NCBI GenBank assembly: GCA_044892525.1
Contig: CM097887.1
Coordinates: forward strand, 53,196,001 to 53,260,000
Direction: 5' to 3'
DNA from: Schmidtea polychroa
Taxonomy: Eukaryota
Length of the DNA stretch: 64,000 bases
Below the pieces are notes generated by a model. It made no database searches. It saw only the letters and a list, made by a program, of their open reading frames with translations, and was not told where the DNA came from. Positions 42,601 through 52,841 of the stretch are shown here, in pieces. The position numbers and the translations under genes are program-made. How positions within the stretch are numbered: the stretch's first letter is position 1; every line of letters begins with the position of its first letter.

Positions 42601-45600
42601 AATTTGATAGATGCAGCTGCTCGAGTTTTAAATGAATATTTAATGAATTGGATAAAAAGGAATGGAGGTTGGACCAAACTGGTAAAAGTGCTTACGATAA
42701 ATGAAAATAACGAAATTAATATACCCCATAAATCGCTAAATGGGAGAGTTAGCCCAATATTGAGAAAAACGATGGTATTTCCATGGGTAATGTTTATGAT
42801 AATTGTTTTGTGCGCAATAATTACCCAGACAACCTGTATGACTGCATTTGATTGTTCACAAACGGAAATGGGAAAAATTTATTCGGTAGTAGATGTGTCA
42901 GAATGTTCGGATGCATACCCGAGAAAACTAAAGGTTGAAAAAGATGTAAAATATCATGTATATCAAGAGTCTGATTTAAGACGAACGAAGGTTCGAGAAT
43001 GTATAGTCAAAAGTACCACATTTATATTTTATTGTTGGAAGTGGAGCCATACTTCATTGATAAAGATGTATACAATCCCAAGGCCAGTGGAAGTTATGCC
43101 AGAAAATTGTTTAGCAGCATTTCAAACAGAAGAATTGAAAATAAGTTCGAAAATTAAATTGAAGGCAAAAATAAATCATAGGACGAGAGAAACGGTGGTT
43201 ACGAAAGGATTAATGAAGCAAGACGGAGATTGTGAAGGGGAACCGTACAAAGTCAGTGGTAAAATTATTCAAAAAGCAGTAGTGATAGAAGAATATCTAA
43301 CGGAATTGAGAGAATTTGAAGGAGCTTTTGATGATGATACGGGGAAGTTACAGACCCACCCATTTTGTAATATGAAACAAAATAACTGTCAAACGGGGGG
43401 ATCAATTCTTGTTTATGAAGTAAAAACTAATGTATGTAACTTAGCGCATTTAAAAACGATGAATTTCAAAGAAATTAGTGGAGAGCAGTTTAGGGAAAGG
43501 CCTGACAATATTAATGTAAATTATGGAGTAAATATGACAATCAGATCAACGCCCGTTTGGACAAGAAAAACAGCGACTGTATTAATGTCGATAATTCCGA
43601 TGGACGCCATGCGTTTTATATTAAAGGAAGTTACCAATAAATGTGGTCAGACGGTATACTCCACAAATTACAAAGGAGTTTACGTATCAACAGTAAGAGT
43701 ACAGGAAGCTAAAACGAGAATTCATACGGGTGATATTAAATTAACCCATTACTTTAACAATAAAATTGATTACTTATTTCATTATAGTCAGAACACCATG
43801 GAGAATATCTATCGAGAAATAATCTTAAATGATTGTAAATTAAATAAAGAAATACTTCGAAATCGAATGGCAATGGCCATCACAAACCCAAATTTGGTTG
43901 CACCCATGTTAATATCAGAAAATGGAGTATTTGCGAGAATCTTCGGAGAAGCTTTATATAGTTATAAATGCAAGGAAGTGTCAGTAAAAATAATGAAATA
44001 CGAAAAATGTACTAATGAATTGCCAGTTAGCGTCGATGGGAAGATGCGATTTATGGAACCAATAACACGGATATTACTTGACGAAAACACAAAACCAAAA
44101 TTGCTCCAGTGCAATAGATTGCTAGCCCCGTTATATCTTTTGGCACCAGACTCTTGGGTAGCATTACCCGATTACCGAGGAGTTAGAACTCCAGATAAAT
44201 TGGAATTAATCAATTTAGAGTATTTAGTGAACTTTACATCCCTAAATAAAATGGCACAACTAGGTCTCTACGCAAGCGAGGATATAGAAGAAGCTCAAAG
44301 AAATTTATTATTTCCATCAAAGAAAGAACGGGTGATATCAGAAATGATTGATACAATATTACCAAACGGAGAGAGTAAAGTTAATTATGAATATCTCCTA
44401 ACGCCAGATCATTTCAAAAAAGCAACGTACAAAACGATGGAAAAGATTTGGGGAAAATTTATGTTCTTAGGACAAGCGTGTGCTGGTTTGATTGGCATCT
44501 ATGTGATCGTAGTAACAATAAAGGTGATACTATCTCAAATTTTATCTGCTCATAGAATATATAAAATATCCGGATGGTCGTGGAAAATAATTATTGGTTG
44601 TATTCCGTTTATAGCAAGATTTTTTATTACTCATCATCAATATAAAGAAATGGAGAATGTGAGAGCACAGTTAAAAACGGATCAAAAGAGTGAAGAATCC
44701 TTGTGTGAATCGAGGGATAGAAATAGTGGCAATAACACCAACAATGACAATGGCAGAAACGAGCAAATGTATTTTAGAAAAGAAATAATGAAAAGCGAGG
44801 TAAAACCAGAGTCACGGTGCCTACTAGAACAGATGCCAAAACTTACAGGAATCGACACTCTCTCAAAATGGTATACACCGGTATTCCTTCCAACAGCACC
44901 AACATATCTAAGTGAAAGGCTAAAAGAAATGAAACCAGTAGAACATATTAAACTAGAAGCTGAAAGGATTGAACCAACAAGTGCCGAAATAGAACGGAAA
45001 AACATGCTCGGATTACCATGTAGTTATGCGTTGATGACAATAGGAAATAGAGGCAAACAACCTCGAACAAATATACTATTTAACGAGAGAAAGGTCAAAG
45101 CCTTGTTAGACTCCGGTTCCAGTCATACTATAGTGTCAGATAAACTGTTGACAAGGGAAGAGAGAGCAAAGATGAAACCGACGAATAAAATTATTAAATC
45201 AATGTCTCACAATGTACTGAATATAATCGGGAAGCTAGAAGTCAAATTAATTATTGGTAATCAAGAAATAACACATTATGTGTCAGTAATGAGTAAAAGC
45301 CCTGTTGAATGTCTAATTGGTATGGATGTTATGGAGCAACTGCGAGGAATTGCGCTGGATCTGACAACAGGAAAATTAATAAAGGGACAATTAGATACAG
45401 TTGCAAATAAACCAAGAGAAGTTGTTTTAAATCAAACGTTGGAAATACCAGCAAGAAGCGAAATAATATGTTATGCTAGTGTAGCAAACACGTCAGATGA
45501 CGAATGTGTTTTCGAACCCAGTCGAAAACTAGTAGAGAAATACGAATTGCCAATGTGCGACGAGATAGTACAGGTAAAAGATCAGGCAGTCCCAGTGAGA

Positions 45601-48600
45601 ATGGCTAATCTTAGCACAAAATCTATCCAAATGAAACCTAACACGAAGTTAGGAAAGTTAATGAAATTTAAAACAGAAGAAGCCCAAAAATTACCGAGAA
45701 ACATTAAAATTTATAGAAAACCACAAGTGACGAGCAATGATTTGACAGACGCACAAAAACAACAGTTTATGGCATTATTAAAAAAGTACAAAAGAGTATT
45801 TGCAAAGCACGAGTACGATTTGGGACTTACCCAGGTGATCGAACATGAGATACCACTACTCGATGAAACTCCTATTAAATTACGACCGTATAGAATCCCT
45901 TATATACATCAAGAGGAAAGTGATAGACAGATAAAAGCGATGAAAGAGTTTGACATAATAAGAGACAGTTCATCACCATTCTCATCCTCAATAGTAGTAG
46001 TCAAAAAGAAAGACGGCGATTTACGGTTTTGTGTGGATTATAGAAAATTGAATCAGGCTACAAGAAAAGACCCCTACCCTATTCCAGTTCCACCGGAAAT
46101 GTTTGATCAAATGGGAGAAGTACAATTCATCACAGTAATCGATTTGAATAAGGGATATAATCAATTTAAAGTAAAAGAAGAAGATAGAAGGAAAACGGCA
46201 TTTTCAGATGGTAAAGGTTTGTACGAATTCAATGTGTTACCATTTGGCTTAACGGGAGCGCCAGCCACGTTCCAGCGAGGTATGAATTTTGTATTAAGAG
46301 ACATCCCACACGCATTAGTTTATATTGATGATATAATAATATTTTCGAATAATTTTCAGGAACATTTGGAAGATGTAGAAACAGTATTCCAAAGATTGTT
46401 AAAGGCGAATTTAAAAATAAAACCCTCAAAATGTGAATGGGGGAAATCAGAGGTAGTCTATGTTGGTCATATTATATCCCGAAGAGGATTACAGCCAAAC
46501 CCAGAAAATGTAGAAAAAATTAAAAATTATCCAATTCCAAAAAATGTAGATCATGTTAGACAATTTCTCGGATTAGCCAGTTATTATAGAAAATTCATTA
46601 AAAATTTTGCGCATGTAGCACAACCCCTGAACATATTATTAAAAAAGCAGGCTCAATTTAAATGGACAAAAACACAACAGGAAGCGTTCGAATCGTTGAA
46701 AGAAAGTTTGATTAAAAAACCAATATTGAGATGTCCAAATTTTAAAATACCATTTATCCTAATGACAGATGCGAGCAATTTTGCGTTGGGCGCAGTGCTA
46801 GGACAACAGGTTGAAGGAGAAAGAGATCACGTTATCGCATATGCGAGTAGAACTTTGAAACCGCATGAAAAGAATTATTCTACGATTGAAAAAGAAACGT
46901 TGGCATTAGTTTATGGAATAACTACATTTCGACAGTATTTAGTTGGGAGAAGATTTGTTGTCTTTACGGACCATAACCCTTTACAATGGCTCATGAAGCA
47001 TAGAGATTCAACAAGTAAGTTGATTAGATGGTCAATCGCACTACAGGAATATGATTTTGAAATCAAATACCGTACGGGTAAATCAAATGCAAATGCAGAC
47101 ACACTGTCGAGAATCCCTGAGGAAAATAATAATAATAATGAAAAAACGAACTATAATGATACAATATTTATGGTAATTAAATCAGCAAATAATATAAAGG
47201 AATTACAATATGATCAAGAAAATGATGAGGAACTAAATCAATTACGAAAAAATGCAGTAACAATTAAAAAGGAGAGTGATTGGAAACATATTGTTGAGGA
47301 AAAACATAAATATATTATCCACGAGGGTTTATTAAAATGTGTAAAAAATGAAAATTTGCTAATTATAGTTCCAGCAAAACATCGAGAAGCATTATTGTTG
47401 ATTTACCACGATGGAGCACTAGGAGGACATTTATCGGCTCGAAAAACATTATCAAGACTGAAATTGAAGTATTATTGGGAGACAATGGAACAAGATGTCA
47501 AACAATGGTGCCATACTTGTAAAGTATGTTTGACAAGACGAAATACAGGAAGGAAAATAAAAGTTCCACTAAGACCTATGCCGGTGCCAGCAGCGCCAAT
47601 GGAAATGACAGCAATGGACATTGTCGGTCCATTGCCGGAAACAATAAATGGCAATAAATATATTGTTGTATTTTGCGACTATCTAACTAAGTGGCCAGAA
47701 GCATATGCCATGCAAAATCAAAAGGCAGAAACAGTTGCAAAAATATTAGTAGAAAACATTATTTTCCGATATGGAGCACCAAAGAAATTACTTACAGATC
47801 AGGGAACGAATTTTCAAAGTGAATTATTTAGTTCGATATCGGAGCTATTTGGTATATTAAAACTTAGTACATCACCATATCATCCACAAACAGATGGCCT
47901 AGTAGAAAGGTTTAACGGAACATTAATTAATATGATATCATCTTATGTAAATCGAAAACAAAGAGATTGGGATTTATTTATCAAACCATGTTTATTCGCA
48001 TATCGAAACGCAGTTAATGAAAGCACTGGTGAAACACCCTTTTATCTTATGTATCTACGGCGAAATAATATGCCAATTGATTTGAAATTTCAAACACCTA
48101 TATCACAGTATATGGATATATCCGATTATAAAGTAATCATGCATGAGAGATTACAGTCAGTGTGGGCTCAAGCTGGTTTAAAAATAAGACATAGCCAAGA
48201 AACGTATAAAGAATCCTACTACAAGAAAGCACATGCTCATAATATTAAAATAGGAGATTTAGTCTATGTGAATAAACCAGAACCAGAAAAGGGCTTGTCA
48301 CCAAAGTTACAACGACCGTTTAAAGGACCGTATATTGTATGTGATACAACAGAAACCAACCTCAAATTACATCCACAGAATAATAAAAAGGCTGGGACAA
48401 TTATAGTTCATGCAAATCGTTGTAAGAAAGTGCCGGCAATGGAGAGTGATAGATATCCATTAAGATCGAAAAAGAACAAATCAGTAGAAGAAAAAGTGGT
48501 CAAGCAAAAAGTTATTAAAAACCCAGTACCCTTAGGATATACCACGAAAGTCTTATTGATAACAACAATGATGCTACTAAATGTTTTGGGAACAAAGGCA

Positions 48601-49761
48601 GGTAGATCTTTTCCAAAGTATGCAATAAAAAGGGTCCCATTATTGGATAAAATTCATATATATTCAACATGTACCCAAATAGTATGGTTTTATCTGTGTG
48701 GGTCAACGGAAGAAATAGAAATAAGTAATCTATTAAATCACTTTAACCCACCTGTAAGATTGAATTTCAATAAAAATATTTTCGTGGCTCGTCAATTAAC
48801 AGTCAATTATGAATACACTTGGCAAATAACAGAGTTACTATTTCAAAATAATAATACAAAAATACGTAATATAATCCAAATTGAAATATTAACAAAAAAT
48901 TTAAACAGTCTGGTTTCAATAGAACCAGTAGTGAATGGAATCGACGTATATTGGGAACCCCACGAATCCCAAAAAGTGAAATTAATATTCCAAAATAATA
49001 TTATCGATACATTAAACATCAGAAAACCCTTTGTCCATTACAATAATTTAAAATTAAATCAAACGTATGATATCGTTGTGCAATATTATGAAAAGCTTTT
49101 GCGGGAAAATGGTACCGAAATCGATAACCAGTGGGTAAAAATTGAGTCTACTCGACAATCCATAAAATTAGAAAATGAACCAAATCGTATTATTTTACGA
49201 TATGATAATCAAAAATGGATAGCCACACGACAAGCGATAACCAATAACAAAGTGGAAATTTATTATTGCGGAAAACTGCAAGCTATATTGCAAGGTAATA
49301 TTACATCTAAAATATTAACATTTCAGCAAATACGTTCAAAGTCAACTTCAAAAATTGTGATTGTAAAGATAAAATATTATCAACGTGCTTTTCATCCCGA
49401 TCATTGGAAAATCGTTCTAGTGGAAAGTAAATCTATTCGAGTACCATTTGATACAGCTGAGGTAGAAAGCTCAAAAAATATGCACAATTCATCAACCAAT
49501 GTGATTCATCAACTCATAAATGACATTAATTCTTCTTTTATTAATGGAACACAAATTCCAAGAAATAAAACTACATTCTCATTATCAAATGATTTTGAAA
49601 ATACTTATGTTATTTTGTCATCTATCATCATCAGTGTGACACCATTTTCCATTATCATTCTTCTCACTCTACTGATTTACTTTCAAAGACTGAACAGACA
49701 ATATGAATGTCAATCCAAGACCTCACAACCTTGGATTGTCTACGAGGAAACATGGGTCTAG
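39607..49761 (+). CDS. Gag-UBL-UBL-Bcl2-like-Env-Pol-membrane protein polyprotein, copy 2 (3384 aa)
   Basis: Translation is the same as copy 1, offset by 13,500 bp. Confidence 0.97.
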   Translation: MENMATSNSNINEQISVSTTQANNGNDYASCQKLPVEQYGGDPVQFVDFMADYYMYATAYGWSQATMVQRLPLYLKGAAREAWQQIDKRPIANDWTRLKDALAAKLIGGDIKRMMRQKFYSRVQKPEESISEFAYHLTTLAEKAFEVKPDQEEVAKQVKELLQDQFLTGVKKEIKKALCFVDFTNFDDLIRKAMRIEMNLKTTQSKAESFAIINEPRDRSITPVSDNLLQRSTSPSPKFRVKFEQRKSTDSPNEERERTLQCSHCQRMGHHINQCWFKNNIRRSPSPVQCDYCQRKGHSNSQCWFKNNEQRSPKGMRSEWLKSNGEKSFNRTNISNQRTNDNIQCYNCGRKGHVTRNCFARSRSLSTSPSPQRDRVNLQGQIQCHSCRGYGHMARSCPKSNNIFQRPILKKTRFQKDKSQSDNIAFAQTDDFNERIENEMKQMSRRLDRLMCKFESDEELSNHMMYESQSKGSEADSKEKLDKEDIEREKVTMIILRINRFIKERATETSKVISSLKELSQMTMSIQNLKNVIELCADYYDTNLKDEKEIENVMQIFAKTYRESTWLDFILINVLDENEKEVACIRCEAGDCVDDLKNRLEENNGKQIIELKFKNRCLRNDEFLIDCGFIPGNKNKVIAKMTRRYENVKSDPQKIVNELREAFDEWNKNAIDEKLKLVEETEFDENSKLEIVNVVRPYVYKNSKYKEILKGLLRKFGKEIRETRIELKPFVIALDYKNEGEIEYIEEHWCTKVGKLRKRAAERMGKDGIIQLIFKSEELDDDEYLYDCGFIPQELDVDGYLCSDTGYSLNYVIVIKNQISNKGYESDRSNDEIERDNENERRVENEGVLDNKDIGTNDKDKGIITEVLKEGQETKSEVNSEIKTKKPRTLYEIKKSLVKSELEVGETKELLKNLDKLIYPMFEIKLNTKYELGDTVNEMEKKLPSVMQRFGENDDFCNRGVMKTLTKNGIDKEVVLTSLTYAVLEIGAHKIMESDELENLIDAAARVLNEYLMNWIKRNGGWTKLVKVLTINENNEINIPHKSLNGRVSPILRKTMVFPWVMFMIIVLCAIITQTTCMTAFDCSQTEMGKIYSVVDVSECSDAYPRKLKVEKDVKYHVYQESDLRRTKVRECIVKSTTFIFYCWKWSHTSLIKMYTIPRPVEVMPENCLAAFQTEELKISSKIKLKAKINHRTRETVVTKGLMKQDGDCEGEPYKVSGKIIQKAVVIEEYLTELREFEGAFDDDTGKLQTHPFCNMKQNNCQTGGSILVYEVKTNVCNLAHLKTMNFKEISGEQFRERPDNINVNYGVNMTIRSTPVWTRKTATVLMSIIPMDAMRFILKEVTNKCGQTVYSTNYKGVYVSTVRVQEAKTRIHTGDIKLTHYFNNKIDYLFHYSQNTMENIYREIILNDCKLNKEILRNRMAMAITNPNLVAPMLISENGVFARIFGEALYSYKCKEVSVKIMKYEKCTNELPVSVDGKMRFMEPITRILLDENTKPKLLQCNRLLAPLYLLAPDSWVALPDYRGVRTPDKLELINLEYLVNFTSLNKMAQLGLYASEDIEEAQRNLLFPSKKERVISEMIDTILPNGESKVNYEYLLTPDHFKKATYKTMEKIWGKFMFLGQACAGLIGIYVIVVTIKVILSQILSAHRIYKISGWSWKIIIGCIPFIARFFITHHQYKEMENVRAQLKTDQKSEESLCESRDRNSGNNTNNDNGRNEQMYFRKEIMKSEVKPESRCLLEQMPKLTGIDTLSKWYTPVFLPTAPTYLSERLKEMKPVEHIKLEAERIEPTSAEIERKNMLGLPCSYALMTIGNRGKQPRTNILFNERKVKALLDSGSSHTIVSDKLLTREERAKMKPTNKIIKSMSHNVLNIIGKLEVKLIIGNQEITHYVSVMSKSPVECLIGMDVMEQLRGIALDLTTGKLIKGQLDTVANKPREVVLNQTLEIPARSEIICYASVANTSDDECVFEPSRKLVEKYELPMCDEIVQVKDQAVPVRMANLSTKSIQMKPNTKLGKLMKFKTEEAQKLPRNIKIYRKPQVTSNDLTDAQKQQFMALLKKYKRVFAKHEYDLGLTQVIEHEIPLLDETPIKLRPYRIPYIHQEESDRQIKAMKEFDIIRDSSSPFSSSIVVVKKKDGDLRFCVDYRKLNQATRKDPYPIPVPPEMFDQMGEVQFITVIDLNKGYNQFKVKEEDRRKTAFSDGKGLYEFNVLPFGLTGAPATFQRGMNFVLRDIPHALVYIDDIIIFSNNFQEHLEDVETVFQRLLKANLKIKPSKCEWGKSEVVYVGHIISRRGLQPNPENVEKIKNYPIPKNVDHVRQFLGLASYYRKFIKNFAHVAQPLNILLKKQAQFKWTKTQQEAFESLKESLIKKPILRCPNFKIPFILMTDASNFALGAVLGQQVEGERDHVIAYASRTLKPHEKNYSTIEKETLALVYGITTFRQYLVGRRFVVFTDHNPLQWLMKHRDSTSKLIRWSIALQEYDFEIKYRTGKSNANADTLSRIPEENNNNNEKTNYNDTIFMVIKSANNIKELQYDQENDEELNQLRKNAVTIKKESDWKHIVEEKHKYIIHEGLLKCVKNENLLIIVPAKHREALLLIYHDGALGGHLSARKTLSRLKLKYYWETMEQDVKQWCHTCKVCLTRRNTGRKIKVPLRPMPVPAAPMEMTAMDIVGPLPETINGNKYIVVFCDYLTKWPEAYAMQNQKAETVAKILVENIIFRYGAPKKLLTDQGTNFQSELFSSISELFGILKLSTSPYHPQTDGLVERFNGTLINMISSYVNRKQRDWDLFIKPCLFAYRNAVNESTGETPFYLMYLRRNNMPIDLKFQTPISQYMDISDYKVIMHERLQSVWAQAGLKIRHSQETYKESYYKKAHAHNIKIGDLVYVNKPEPEKGLSPKLQRPFKGPYIVCDTTETNLKLHPQNNKKAGTIIVHANRCKKVPAMESDRYPLRSKKNKSVEEKVVKQKVIKNPVPLGYTTKVLLITTMMLLNVLGTKAGRSFPKYAIKRVPLLDKIHIYSTCTQIVWFYLCGSTEEIEISNLLNHFNPPVRLNFNKNIFVARQLTVNYEYTWQITELLFQNNNTKIRNIIQIEILTKNLNSLVSIEPVVNGIDVYWEPHESQKVKLIFQNNIIDTLNIRKPFVHYNNLKLNQTYDIVVQYYEKLLRENGTEIDNQWVKIESTRQSIKLENEPNRIILRYDNQKWIATRQAITNNKVEIYYCGKLQAILQGNITSKILTFQQIRSKSTSKIVIVKIKYYQRAFHPDHWKIVLVESKSIRVPFDTAEVESSKNMHNSSTNVIHQLINDINSSFINGTQIPRNKTTFSLSNDFENTYVILSSIIISVTPFSIIILLTLLIYFQRLNRQYECQSKTSQPWIVYEETWV

Positions 49762-50122
49762 TGAGATACATTTATTTTGCATGCAATTATGATATTATAA
49801 TAGTACTGTATTAGTAGTAACTTTTATGATAGTTGTAAAATTTGCACCTTTCAATCAAAGAGAAATATGATTGGCTGAGAGGGATAGAAAAATAAATATG
49901 AACTAAATTTTATGGGAAAGAAAATTTAATAACTGTACATAAGGGGTCGTAAAAATAATTAAAATCAGTTTAATTAATTCAATCAAAAAATTAAGATCTT
50001 TCAAAATTGAATAGGTAAATTTTTATTAATATTTATTATTTATACAGTGATCACCAAGGCAGTGCCCCTGAGGTACTCTACCGTGTTGATCACTTCAATC
50101 TTAAATTCTAACAAATTTAATA

Positions 50123-51565
50123 GTGAATATTTCAGTAATGGAACAAATCCAAAGAACTAGAGCAATTTATGATGGATATTTGAAGATACACCGCAACCAC
50201 GTGGGACAAGATGCCATCACCATCAATGACAACCTGAAAATCCCAAACTACTTGAGGGTGGACGACAGAAAAATGAAAACTCAAATTTTTAAAGTGAGCC
50301 GGAAATCGGTGAAAATAATAGAAGAAGATGAAATCAAGGATGGAAATGAGTACACGCTACACGTGATCAAAGGGAAAGTGGAGGTAATAGACGAACGACA
50401 AAAAGTCTATTGGGAATTACACCAAGGATCATCGTGGAAACTGCAGAAAGAAACCTTGAGGAAAAGGTTGAGAGCATCCAATGAAGATTCAAGAGTTGTT
50501 GTGGAAACACGAAGCCCGAACGAGGAAAATGAAATTCCACAAACCACTTCAAAATTGCCAGATGATCCAACCATGCTTCCAATTACTACAGAAATGCTGA
50601 AAAGAAGATGGTCATTTATTCGAAAAGAAATGAGTTTGGAGGAGATACGGAACCGAATTGTGTTTATGGATGCAGAATATGGAACATCAGAAAATAATAA
50701 AATGATTCCATTGTCAATAGCGATGATGAATTATGAAGGGAAAATAATTAAAAATTCATATTTGACACCAAGAGGAAGATTGCGTCATTTCAATTCCAGC
50801 ATTCATGGTATCACAGAGATTGCCAGTAGAAACCAATGCGACCAGTACACGGAGATGCGAGAAGTGCAAAAACTAACTGTTGGAAAAATTTTAGTGGGAC
50901 ATGATCTTCATGCAGAATTGGAATATTTGAAAATCTGGACAAATCAGTTGTACGGAATTAGGGATTTAGCAACAGCACAGGCACTCCAACTGAAAGGAAT
51001 AACAAGGAAAGGAGAATTCTTTAAACTTAAAACAGTGGTTGAAGAAGTACTCGGAGAACAAACACAAACTGGTATTCACTCAGCATTGGAAGATGTCAAA
51101 AAAGTACGGAGAGTGTACAGGGAAATTGAGAATTTATGGGAAGATGATGTAAAAATCCAGAAAATAGTCCCATCAAAGAAATATTCTTTAGCCGAATATC
51201 AAAAACTTCATGCGATGGACAAAATACCAACAACGAGTGGAACATCCTGTGAGATAGTAGAACAAGTTGATCTAACAATTGAGGAACAAATGGAAATTGA
51301 CGAAGCACCGTTGAAATGGGCAACGGAAGAATATTTGGAGCCGATCAAGGAAAGCCTCGAAATGATAATAAGTTCATCGATCCACAGAATTCCGGCATCA
51401 TTCGAACATGGGCCTATACTTCATTTAGAGAATAGGAAAAGAAAATCGACAACAAAAATCGAAGCCAGCGAATCCATCATGGTGAATGGAATAGTCTATT
51501 ATCGGGAGAAAACATATATCCGCTACAAGAGTGAGGCGGGAGAAATAGAATTAAAAATTGATTAA
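50123..51565 (+). CDS. ORF2, copy 2: DEDDh exonuclease
   Basis: Translation is the same as 36623-38065. Confidence 0.9.
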   Translation: MNISVMEQIQRTRAIYDGYLKIHRNHVGQDAITINDNLKIPNYLRVDDRKMKTQIFKVSRKSVKIIEEDEIKDGNEYTLHVIKGKVEVIDERQKVYWELHQGSSWKLQKETLRKRLRASNEDSRVVVETRSPNEENEIPQTTSKLPDDPTMLPITTEMLKRRWSFIRKEMSLEEIRNRIVFMDAEYGTSENNKMIPLSIAMMNYEGKIIKNSYLTPRGRLRHFNSSIHGITEIASRNQCDQYTEMREVQKLTVGKILVGHDLHAELEYLKIWTNQLYGIRDLATAQALQLKGITRKGEFFKLKTVVEEVLGEQTQTGIHSALEDVKKVRRVYREIENLWEDDVKIQKIVPSKKYSLAEYQKLHAMDKIPTTSGTSCEIVEQVDLTIEEQMEIDEAPLKWATEEYLEPIKESLEMIISSSIHRIPASFEHGPILHLENRKRKSTTKIEASESIMVNGIVYYREKTYIRYKSEAGEIELKID

Positions 51566-51819
51566 TTATTGTTATATATGTTATGATTAATAAAAACTTT
51601 CCCTCGTCTTATATATATAGTAACAAATTATTATTATTATTATTATTGTTATTGTTACTATTATCATATTATTATTATTACTATTATTATTAATTCACTA
51701 CTATTATTAGTGATACTATTATTATAAAATTATTATAAAGTATCGTTATGGTATTGAGAATACTCTTCCATCTTAATAAATAATTAATAATCGAATAGAT
51801 TCGAGGGCGAATCTTAATT

Positions 51820-51830
51820 AAAGGGGGAGA
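51820..51830 (+). promoter_or_regulatory. Polypurine tract, copy 2
   Basis: AAAGGGGGAGA before TGTTG at 51833. Confidence 0.9.
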
Positions 51831-51832
51831 TA

Positions 51833-52639
51833 TGTTGGGGTTAGAGCAAAAATAAAATAAATTTCACAGGGTACCAGAAAACAGAACAAAAAATGGTAAA
51901 ATCAATATAAGTACAAAATTAATTAAAATTTAATAAAAATTAAAAATCAATATTGAACGGGGGTATCGGGTATGGTTGAATGCCAAATTGTTAGACGAGG
52001 TTAGAAAGTATAATAAAAATGTAATAGGGTGACCATAGAAAAAGTTAATAAGGAAAAACAAATTAATTAAAATTAATTAATCTGTAATGGAAAGCCCGAG
52101 CCAATGGAAAGCCCGAGCCCATGGGAAACCCGAGCACTGAAGAAAACCCGATGCGCAGTGAGACCCGAGACACCAGATAAGGGAATAACAATTCGGATAA
52201 TAATCGCAGGGTAAATAAATTTAAATAATTGTCGAACCGTTCCAAATTTACTTAGGGTGCCCGGGGAAATAATTAATTTCATTTTGTTAGATAATTGGCC
52301 TCTTAAAAACAGTATAAAAGGAGAGCTTAGAAATGAGCAAGCCGCCATTTGGTCGAAGAGAAAAAGGAAAAATCTAAACAGAAAGTCCAGCAGGGACAAG
52401 TTAAAAGAGGAAAATTTGTGAGTTATAAAGAAGCTAAATCGTACAAGACAAGGTAATTACCCCTTGGGTTTCTTACCTTAGCGAACCAAATTCAAATTGA
52501 GAGAAAGGTGCAAATAGTGACAAATTGTAATTGTGATAAAAAGTGAATAAAGTTATTCTGTGTTGAGTTTTCGTTGATTTGGTAAAACAAGGACACGAGG
52601 AGTCAGAGACAGGACCGACTTACAAGTTAAAACTCAACA
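51833..52639 (+). repeat. LTR3 (3' LTR, 807 bp)
   Basis: TGTTG...CAACA followed by TATATA flank. It has one visible difference from LTR1/2 (T at 52628 versus A). Confidence 0.97.
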
Positions 52640-52841
52640 TATATATATATTTAATAAAATTTTAAAGATTGTACAAAATATTCTTTTTCTGGCATTTTAT
52701 TTCTTTTCATTCATATTTAACACAAATTCAAGTCCAAATTTATTATTTAATACAATAAGATTTGTATTCTATAACATCAACATAATTTACATCTAAATGG
52801 ATTACAAAAATTGTACATTAATCCATACATAAATGTACATC

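Larger units (their letters stand above)
24833..52639 (+). mobile_element. Tandem array of an env-bearing Ty3/Gypsy LTR retroelement (LTR-int-LTR-int-LTR, period 13,500 bp)
   Basis: Three LTRs, two identical polyprotein ORFs with PR-RT-RH-IN order (Gypsy type), PBS and PPT. The left end is inferred from the period and falls inside the gap. Confidence 0.95.
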
